This document shows, piece by piece, positions 55,847 to 64,000 of a stretch of 64,000 nt of DNA (the first letter of the stretch is position 1; the number at the start of each line of letters is the position of its first letter). The translations under genes were made by a program, and so were the position numbers. The stretch spans positions 10,921 to 74,920 of the forward strand of contig JAJYXB010000008.1 in assembly GCA_021791195.1 (NCBI GenBank), written 5' to 3'. Under the pieces are notes generated by a model. The model did not search any database, was not told where the DNA came from, and saw only the letters and a program-made list of their open reading frames with translations. The DNA is from Actinomycetes bacterium (lineage in GTDB: Bacteria > Actinomycetota > Thermoleophilia > BMS3ABIN01).

Positions 55847-56941
55847 CTATTGCTGCCCTTGCAGATCCTGCAAGCTCAGGTCTTTTCCAATGATAACAGT
55901 GATTTGTTTATTTGACATCGATTCGTCCTTGATCACGTTTCCCTTTCCCAGCAGGTTGCGCACCTGGTTCCCCTGATCGATGGCGTCGCTGCCGCAGCGG
56001 ATCTGGGTGGTGTCGTAGCCCACATTCGACTGATCCGACGCCGGCGCGAGCCGGAACCGGAGCGGCGCCAGCCTGGCGGTGACGGCGCCGGCGACCGCCG
56101 GGTCCACGCCGCCATTGCGGATCTCGAGAGTGTAGCCGGCGTTGAGCGGCGAGCCGGAGATGAGCGCCGCCAGCTCGTCCGGCACCGGTTCGAAATACCA
56201 GTCCTGCCCGCCGCCAGCCGCGCGCACCGGCAGCGGCCAGACCCCGGCGGCGGCGCCGGGGTCGGTGATGCCCGCAAACAGGTCAACAAAGTCCTCAGCA
56301 CTCATATCCGACTGAATCCGTTGATAGACCTGGCGCGCGAAGTTCCGCCGGTCGGACTCGGGGCGGGCGCTGAGAGCGCCGCGCAGGCCCTGATAAAACA
56401 GGGCCTGCACCTGGCTGCCAACCTGGGGGTCATTGACAGAATTCTTCAGGTATGACATCGCCTTGTCCGGACCGGTGGGATTGTCGCCGGCCGCCAGACT
56501 GACCGAGCCGTCGGCGCTGGCCAGGGCGCCGGCGGCCTTGAAGTCGATCGAACCCGCCTGTTCGGCCATGATCTGCACGGCGTTGTAATCGAAATAGACA
56601 TGGAAGCGCAGCGGCACCCGCAGCAGGTTGGCAACGGTCTGGTCCAGCAGTTGCTGCCCGCCGAGCTGGATGACCCGATCCAGCCGCTGAAACCCGTGGC
56701 CGGGCGTGTCGGCCAGGGTGCGTCCGGGGATGGTGTAAATGCTGTAGCCGCCCCCGGCGCCGCCAACCACCACCAGGACCTGGCTGAGATTCCCGGCGTC
56801 ATCCTTGCCCACCATGATGACGTTGCGGTCGCCTGCGGTCGCGGTCGCAGGCGCCGCTTCCGGCGCCCCCCGCGAACGTTCCAGCGCGAAGACAGCCGCG
56901 AACACGGTGGCCGAGGCCAGCGCACCCGCCAGCAGGATCAC
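55847..56941 (-). CDS. LytR-CpsA-Psr (LCP) family cell-envelope phosphotransferase
   Basis: LCP domain after an N-terminal TM helix. The ORF is open to 57205 (overlapping nadD by 134 nt), so the start is uncertain. A GTG at 56941 is one option. Confidence 0.65.
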   Translation of the reverse strand: MILLAGALASATVFAAVFALERSRGAPEAAPATATAGDRNVIMVGKDDAGNLSQVLVVVGGAGGGYSIYTIPGRTLADTPGHGFQRLDRVIQLGGQQLLDQTVANLLRVPLRFHVYFDYNAVQIMAEQAGSIDFKAAGALASADGSVSLAAGDNPTGPDKAMSYLKNSVNDPQVGSQVQALFYQGLRGALSARPESDRRNFARQVYQRIQSDMSAEDFVDLFAGITDPGAAAGVWPLPVRAAGGGQDWYFEPVPDELAALISGSPLNAGYTLEIRNGGVDPAVAGAVTARLAPLRFRLAPASDQSNVGYDTTQIRCGSDAIDQGNQVRNLLGKGNVIKDESMSNKQITVIIGKDLSLQDLQGQQ

Positions 56942-57071
56942 GAAGGTCAGGCGACGGCGGCGGGCCCGGCGGTGCGCCGCCAGCCGCTGCCGCCGGGTGC
57001 CGGAGCGGCTCAGCAGATCACCGCCATAACCTGAACGGGAGTAGCCCCTGGTGGAGCGCCTGTAACGCCGC

Positions 57072-57671
57072 TTAGGTTTTACGGTACAACCCTTTCTCCT
57101 GGATAAACTGCCGCACACCCTCGAGCACCAGGTAACGGATGGATTTGCCCTCAGCCACGCGGTTCCTGATAAGTGTCGAGGAAACGCCGATCCCCGGAAT
57201 TTCAATGATCTTCACGCGGTTTTCCCGGAGAAAGACGTCAAGTGCACCTGATATTTTATCAAGCGGATAGCCCGGCCGCGTAGCCGCGATCAGCGTCGCC
57301 ATCGTCAGCAGTTCCTGGGGGTCCTTCCACTCCAGGATCTCCAGCACGGCGTCGGCGCCGGTGATGAAATAAAGCTCGGCGTCAGGCATCTCCCGGCGGA
57401 AGTGCCGGATCGTATTGACCGTATAACTGACCTGCCTGCGGTCGATCTCGAAGCGGGACACCTCGAAGCGGGGATTGCCCTCGGTGGCGATGGTGCACAT
57501 CCGGAACCGGTGTTCGGAGCTGGCGCCTTCGAGGATCTCCTTGTGCGGCGGGAAGCCGGTAGGCATGAACAGCGCCTTGTCAAGCCGGTACCGGGAGACC
57601 GCCTCTTCAGCGCACACCAGGTGACCGATGTGGATCGGATTGAAGGTGCCGCCCATGATGGCGAGTTTCAT
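57072..57671 (-). CDS. nadD: Nicotinate-nucleotide adenylyltransferase
   Basis: MGGTFNPIHIGHL is the H/TxGH nucleotidyltransferase motif. Confidence 0.9.
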   Translation of the reverse strand: MKLAIMGGTFNPIHIGHLVCAEEAVSRYRLDKALFMPTGFPPHKEILEGASSEHRFRMCTIATEGNPRFEVSRFEIDRRQVSYTVNTIRHFRREMPDAELYFITGADAVLEILEWKDPQELLTMATLIAATRPGYPLDKISGALDVFLRENRVKIIEIPGIGVSSTLIRNRVAEGKSIRYLVLEGVRQFIQEKGLYRKT

Positions 57672-57674
57672 CGG

Positions 57675-58955
57675 CTACGTCCTGATCTGGCCGTTCCCCG
57701 TTATCACATATTTTGTGGATGTCAATTCGCGCAGGCCCACCGGGCCGCGGGCATGCAGCTTTTGCGTGCTGATGCCGATCTCGGCGCCCATGCCGAACTG
57801 GCCGCCATCGGTGAACCGGGTAGAGGCGTTGATGTAGATGCAGGCCGCGTCCACCTGGTCGGCGAATGCCCGGGCGGCGGCCAGATCCTCGGTAACGATC
57901 GCCTCCGAATGGCCGGTGGCGTAAGTGGCGATATGCGTCACGGCCTCATCCATGCTGTTGACGACGCGCACAGCCATCTTCATGTCGAGGAACTCGGTGG
58001 CGTAATGCGCCTCGGTGGCGTCCTCCACTCCTTTGGCGCGGGCGCCGACGATCTCACGGACCTCCGGCGAGACAAACAGTTTTACGCCGCGGGCGCCAAA
58101 CTCCTTGACGATCGCGGGAACGAAATCTGCGGCGATGTCCTTGTGAATCAGCAGGGTCTCGGCGGCGTTGCAGACGCCGGGGCGCTGCACCTTGGAGTTG
58201 ACGGCGATACTGACCGCCTTGTCGATGTCGGCGGCGGCATCGACGTAGACATGGCAGTTGCCACCGGCGGCATAGATCACCGGAATGGCGGAGTTCTTCA
58301 CCAGGAATTCCTTCAGCGACTCCCCGCCGCGGGGGATGACCAGATCGACATGGTCCTTCATCTGCAGCAACTGCTTTAGCGGCGCACGGTCGCGTGATTC
58401 GATCAGCTGCACCGCGTCGCTGGGCAGTCCGGCGTCGATCAGGGCGCCATTGATCACCTCGGTGAGCATGCGGATGGAATGCAGCGAAGCGCTGCCTCCC
58501 CGCAGGATGACGGCGTTGCCCGTCTTCAGGCAGAGGCCCGCGGCGTCGGTGGTGACGTTCGGCCGCGCCTCGAAGATCACGGCCACGACGCCGAACGGCA
58601 CACGCACTTTCTTCAGCTCCAGCCCGTTTGGCAGCCGCCGGCCTTCGACCACTTCACCCACGGGGTCGGGAAGCTGCGCGATCTTGCGCAGGCCGTCAGC
58701 CATATCATGGATGCGGTCCTCGTCCAGCATCAGCCGGTCCATCAGAGCGCCGGAAAGGTGCGCCGCCTTGCCCTCCTTGACGTCATCCCGATTCTCCCGG
58801 AGGATCTCCGCCTTGCGCCGCTCCAGCGCCGCCGCCATTTCCAGCAGACCGCGGTTCTTGTCCATGGTGGAAACCGCGGCCAGCCGCCGGGACGCCTCCC
58901 GCGCCCTGTTACAAATTTCTTTTATCTGCATCCGGCTATCCTTTTTTGGTGGCAC
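57675..58955 (-). CDS. proA: Gamma-glutamyl phosphate reductase
   Basis: Aldehyde-dehydrogenase-like ProA with catalytic Cys and full-length similarity. Confidence 0.95.
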   Translation of the reverse strand: MPPKKDSRMQIKEICNRAREASRRLAAVSTMDKNRGLLEMAAALERRKAEILRENRDDVKEGKAAHLSGALMDRLMLDEDRIHDMADGLRKIAQLPDPVGEVVEGRRLPNGLELKKVRVPFGVVAVIFEARPNVTTDAAGLCLKTGNAVILRGGSASLHSIRMLTEVINGALIDAGLPSDAVQLIESRDRAPLKQLLQMKDHVDLVIPRGGESLKEFLVKNSAIPVIYAAGGNCHVYVDAAADIDKAVSIAVNSKVQRPGVCNAAETLLIHKDIAADFVPAIVKEFGARGVKLFVSPEVREIVGARAKGVEDATEAHYATEFLDMKMAVRVVNSMDEAVTHIATYATGHSEAIVTEDLAAARAFADQVDAACIYINASTRFTDGGQFGMGAEIGISTQKLHARGPVGLRELTSTKYVITGNGQIRT

Positions 58956-58960
58956 CGATT

Positions 58961-59989
58961 CTACCCTTCCGTCAAAACGAAATAATCCCGATGGATCACT
59001 TCCTCGTCCCCGTGCGGCATCAGCTCCATCACGCGGCTGCTCTTCAGGCCCTTGATCTGCTCCAGCTCGCCCGCCGCATAGGTGACGATGCCCTTGCCGA
59101 TGAGCTCGCGGTCGCTGGCCCGCAAGACGTCTATCGCCTCACCGGCGTCGAATTCGCCTTCCACGCCGACGATACCCGCTGCCAGCAGGCTCGTGCCGCG
59201 CCCAACCAGCGCCGCGGCCGCGCCATCGTCCACAAGCACAGCGCCGCTGCTGGGCCGGCCGTACTTCAACCACAGCTTGAAACTGCTGATGGAAGACTCG
59301 AGTGGAACAAACCTGGTTCCTGCCTGCTCTCCCCGGGCGGCTGCGGTGATGACGCCGGGCCGGGCGCCGCTGGCGATCACAACCTCTATGCCGGCTGACG
59401 TCGCCATCTCGGCGGCGACGACTTTGCTCTTCATGCCGCCCGAACCGATCGCAGTCCCCGCACCGCCAGTCTCGATGCCCTCGAGCAGGGACCAGTCGCT
59501 GACTTCCTCGATCAGTCTAGCAGCGGGGTCCACGGAGGGGTCACCAGTATATAACCCTTCCGTATCGGTGAGCAACAACAGCAGATCGGCCTTGATAAGC
59601 ATGGCGACCTGAGCGGCCAGGAAATCATTGTCGCCGTAGCGGATCTCGTCGGCGGAGGTGGTGTCGTTCTCGTTGATGATCGGGACGATGCCCCATTCGC
59701 GCAGCTTCAGCAGAGTGCCGCGCGCATTCAGGTACTGGCTGCGCGCCGCGATATCGTATGAGGTGAGCAGGATCTGGGCGGTGGTGACGCCGCCGCGGCG
59801 GAACAATTCGTAGTAGCGGTGATAGAGCCGTCCCTGGCCCACTGCCGAAACTGCCTGCAATTCGACAGTTTCTCGCGGACGCTTCGACACCGGCAGCATA
59901 CCGAGGCCACACGAAATGGCTCCGGAGGAGACGACTACGGCACTGTTCCCCTGTTTGACAAACGCGATGATCTGATCGGTGATTGCCAC
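58961..59989 (-). CDS. proB: Glutamate 5-kinase with C-terminal PUA domain
   Basis: Amino-acid kinase fold plus PUA. The conserved N-terminus (KTCVVKIGSNTLTDEGG) continues in-frame about 80 nt upstream of the listed GTG, so the true start is upstream and probably non-canonical. Confidence 0.9.
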   Translation of the reverse strand: MAITDQIIAFVKQGNSAVVVSSGAISCGLGMLPVSKRPRETVELQAVSAVGQGRLYHRYYELFRRGGVTTAQILLTSYDIAARSQYLNARGTLLKLREWGIVPIINENDTTSADEIRYGDNDFLAAQVAMLIKADLLLLLTDTEGLYTGDPSVDPAARLIEEVSDWSLLEGIETGGAGTAIGSGGMKSKVVAAEMATSAGIEVVIASGARPGVITAAARGEQAGTRFVPLESSISSFKLWLKYGRPSSGAVLVDDGAAAALVGRGTSLLAAGIVGVEGEFDAGEAIDVLRASDRELIGKGIVTYAAGELEQIKGLKSSRVMELMPHGDEEVIHRDYFVLTEG

Positions 59990-60083
59990 CAGCGCCTCTT
60001 CGCGCAGACAGCCGCCCTCATCAGTCAGGGTGTTGCTACCGATTTTTACGACGCAGGTCTTTGACAGTGCAACCGCTCCTTTT

Positions 60084-60169
60084 GGGGACGTTCCTTTCCT
60101 AACGATCCTACTTTTGGAAAAGTCAGGCCTTATTTATGTGTCATCAGGATTGTTAGGAAAGCGTCCCCG
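60084..60169. repeat. MITE/REP-like element copy B (imperfect TIR GGGGACGTTCCTTTCCTAA...TTAGGAAAGCGTCCCC)
   Basis: Same termini as the 8007-8102 element. Its right TIR contains the murA stop codon and the last ~4 codons. Its left end lies just upstream of the proB 5' region. Confidence 0.55.
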
Positions 60170-61439
60170 CTCGGTGCTTCCGGTCTCTGGTTTCCACGCG
60201 CTGGATATCCGCCCCCAGAGCCTGAAGCTTCTGCTCGAAGTTCTCGTAGCCGCGATCGATGTGGCCGATGCGCCGCACCTCGGTCGTGCCGGCGGCGGCC
60301 AGGCCGGCCAGCACCAGCGCCGCGCCCGCGCGCAGATCGGGGGCTTCGACGATGGCGCCATCGAAGCGGCTCTCCCCATGCACCACGGCGTGGTGGCCGC
60401 TGGTGCGGATGTGGCCACCAAGACGGTTCATCTCGTCCACGAACACGAACCGGTTCTCGAAAACGTTCTCGGTGACGATGCTATGGCCGCGCGCCAGCGA
60501 CAGCAGCACCATGATGGGCGCCTGCAGGTCGGTGGGAAAGCCGGGATACGGCAGCGTGGCGATATCGGTGCCGCTGTAACGGCCCTCGCCGCGGCAGCAC
60601 ACCTTGTGATCGAATTCCTTGACATGAACGCCGATCGCCCTGAGCTTGCTGATGAAGATCTCCAGATGCAGCGGGTTGATGTTCTGGACCGTGACGTCCC
60701 CGCGCGTCACCGCCGCGGCCACCATGTAGGTGCCGGCCTCGATGCGATCCGGAACGACCGTGTGCGTCGCGCCTGCCAGCTCATCGACGCCATCGATGAC
60801 GATCGTGTCGGAACCGGCGCCGCTGATGCACGCGCCCATCGAGGTGAGGAACTTGGCCAGATCGATGATCTCGGGTTCACGCGCCGCCGACTCGATCACC
60901 GTGCGGCCGCGCGCCATCACCGCCGCCATCATCACGTTCTCCGTCGCGCCGACGCTGGGATAACTGAGGCTGATGACATCGCCGGTGAGCCGGTCAGCGG
61001 CGATGTTGATGAAACCGTGGTCCACTTCGATGCGGGCGCCCAGTTTCTCTAAGCCCGCCAGGTGGAAATCGATCTTGCGCGGACCGATGTTGCAGCCGCC
61101 GGGCATGGCCACGCGGGCTTCTCCCAGCCGTGCCAGCAGCGGCCCCATGACGATGATCGAGGCGCGCATCCGGCGGACCAGCTCGTAGGGCGCGGTATGT
61201 GACAGTTCACCAGAGGGGTCGATTTCCATCCGGTCGCCGGAGAAACTCACCTCGGCGCCCAGCTCCCTGAGAACGTCCGCCATCGTCAGGACATCCTGGA
61301 TCATGGGCACGTTGTGGAGGACGGTTTTATCGGAGGTGAGCAGGGAGGCGGCCATCAGCTTCAGGGCTGAATTCTTCGCTCCGGAAACCTTGACGGCGCC
61401 CTCCAGAGGGATGCCACCGGATATCAAATAAGAAAACAT
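60153..61439 (-). CDS. murA: UDP-N-acetylglucosamine 1-carboxyvinyltransferase
   Basis: EPSP-synthase-like fold. MFSYLISGGIPLEGAVKVSGAKNSALKLM is the MurA N-terminus. The ORF is open upstream to 61634. Confidence 0.9.
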   Translation of the reverse strand: MFSYLISGGIPLEGAVKVSGAKNSALKLMAASLLTSDKTVLHNVPMIQDVLTMADVLRELGAEVSFSGDRMEIDPSGELSHTAPYELVRRMRASIIVMGPLLARLGEARVAMPGGCNIGPRKIDFHLAGLEKLGARIEVDHGFINIAADRLTGDVISLSYPSVGATENVMMAAVMARGRTVIESAAREPEIIDLAKFLTSMGACISGAGSDTIVIDGVDELAGATHTVVPDRIEAGTYMVAAAVTRGDVTVQNINPLHLEIFISKLRAIGVHVKEFDHKVCCRGEGRYSGTDIATLPYPGFPTDLQAPIMVLLSLARGHSIVTENVFENRFVFVDEMNRLGGHIRTSGHHAVVHGESRFDGAIVEAPDLRAGAALVLAGLAAAGTTEVRRIGHIDRGYENFEQKLQALGADIQRVETRDRKHRAGTLS

Positions 61440-61545
61440 GTGATTCTGGACTGACGGACTCTCGCTTGCCGGACTGCGCATCATTCCGCTAATTCTAACA
61501 GAATGATTCTTTCCGGTTTCCGGGATTTGGAATCTCGCAAGCCGG

Positions 61546-61968
61546 CTATTCGATACCGGCAGTCCTGAGCCGGTTGAGCGCTCGGCGCCGGGACTGCTCC
61601 GCGCGGTGCGCGTCCACATCGGGTTCACCCACACGCGCCAGGTACTTTTCCGCCCGGTTCAGAGCCTGCTGCGCCCGCTCCACGTCGATCTCGCTCGCGC
61701 GCTCGGCCGTATCCACCAGCAGCAGCAGCCGGTCGAACTGCATCTTCACGTAACCATTGCCGACCGCAATGCTGTCCCAGCGGTCGCTGTCACGCAGCTT
61801 GACCCGCACTTCACCGATCGCCGTCTTGGAAACGATCGGCGCATGCCGCGGCAGGATGCCCAGCTCGCCCAGCTCGCCAGGCACGACCACCATGGCCGCA
61901 TCGTCGCTGACGAGCAGACCTTCCGGGGTCACGATCTCGCATTTGATCCTGTTGCTAGATTCTTCCAT
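61546..61968 (-). CDS. atpC: F0F1 ATP synthase epsilon subunit
   Basis: 140-aa product with a beta-sandwich plus helical hairpin pattern. Confidence 0.9.
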   Translation of the reverse strand: MEESSNRIKCEIVTPEGLLVSDDAAMVVVPGELGELGILPRHAPIVSKTAIGEVRVKLRDSDRWDSIAVGNGYVKMQFDRLLLLVDTAERASEIDVERAQQALNRAEKYLARVGEPDVDAHRAEQSRRRALNRLRTAGIE

Positions 61969-62037
61969 ATGCTGGCGCTACTTCCTTCCTAAAAAGTCCG
62001 TTGGCTGCCCGCCGGCAAGAGGGCGCGTCGCGCTCTC

Positions 62038-63531
<1,494 letters not shown>

Positions 63532-63642
63532 TTACTCTCAATAAATAATTGTTATCTTGTCACCCTGAGCGCAACGAAGGCCAAAGGCCCTTCGCTCCGC
63601 TCAGAATGACAATCGCCTGCTCTTCCCGTTCCCCTTCGGTCC

Positions 63643-64000
63643 TTATCCCAAAGCTTCCGCGCCGGCGACGACCTCGAGGATATCCTGCGTGATCGAGGCC
63701 TGGCGCGCCTTGTTCATCGCCAGCGTCAGCTTCTCGACCATCTCCTCGGCGTTATCCGAAGCGCTGCGCATCGCCGTCATGCGGGCGCCGTGTTCGCTGG
63801 CAGTCGATTCCAGCAGCGCGCGGTAAATGGTATTGTCCACGTAGCTTGGCAGCAGCTCCTGGAGGATGGCGCTGGCGCTGGGCTCATAGATGAAATCGCC
63901 CTCCAGCTTGCGCTCTTCCTCGGATACCTCCGGCTCGGTGGTGACGATCTCCTCGCCCAGCGGCAGGATGACTTCCTCGGTGACGATCTGCTCCATCGGC
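63643..64000 (-). CDS. atpG: F0F1 ATP synthase gamma subunit (3' portion; continues beyond the window)
   Basis: C-terminal helix [15 protein letters not shown] is typical of AtpG. Confidence 0.85.
   Translation of the reverse strand, partial: PMEQIVTEEVILPLGEEIVTTEPEVSEEERKLEGDFIYEPSASAILQELLPSYVDNTIYRALLESTASEHGARMTAMRSASDNAEEMVEKLTLAMNKARQASITQDILEVVAGAEALG

Overview
This is a high-GC (~65%) bacterial chromosomal segment in which most genes run on the minus strand. The housekeeping content is confident from protein motifs: moaD-like carrier; hsp20-lon; a serA/class-V aminotransferase/ilvC-ilvH-ilvB-ilvD supra-operon; a two-component/c-di-GMP signalling neighbourhood; ubiB; secF-secD-yajC-tgt ... 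queA-queH; ruvB-ruvA-ruvC-yebC; pdxT-pdxS; a guaB3-like IMPDH; rpiR; nfo; lepB; rsfS-LCP-nadD-proA-proB; murA; atpC-atpD-atpG. Three accessory regions stand out. (i) At 44.9-55.4 kb, a cobalamin/radical-SAM/glycosyltransferase cluster: two B12-binding radical SAM enzymes, a GT2, a SPASM radical SAM, a large GT-C-type membrane protein, a corrinoid protein with an MtaA/UroD-type methyltransferase, and an ASKHA/DUF4445 protein. This is a candidate novel lipid or glycan modification pathway. (ii) At 36.1-38.4 kb, a lower-GC islet carrying an ORF6N gene, an MntA-like nucleotidyltransferase, a truncated HepT (HEPN) gene, and an apparently inserted second nucleotidyltransferase-fold gene with an 89-aa partner. 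(iii) A 1.34-kb lower-GC insertion in the tgt-queA region, flanked by 25-bp direct repeats and carrying an IS30 remnant, next to a membrane-anchored caspase-like (C14) protease. Several unusual repeats are also present: a ~96-bp element family with a 32-bp perfect terminal inverted repeat that exactly fills the ilvH-ilvC spacer and overlaps the murA stop; a triplicated 24-nt motif forming a long hairpin between a phasin-like gene and ubiB; and an AT-rich 165-bp insert encoding a 54-aa membrane peptide translationally coupled between ruvA and ruvB. No CRISPR array, tRNA or rRNA was found.
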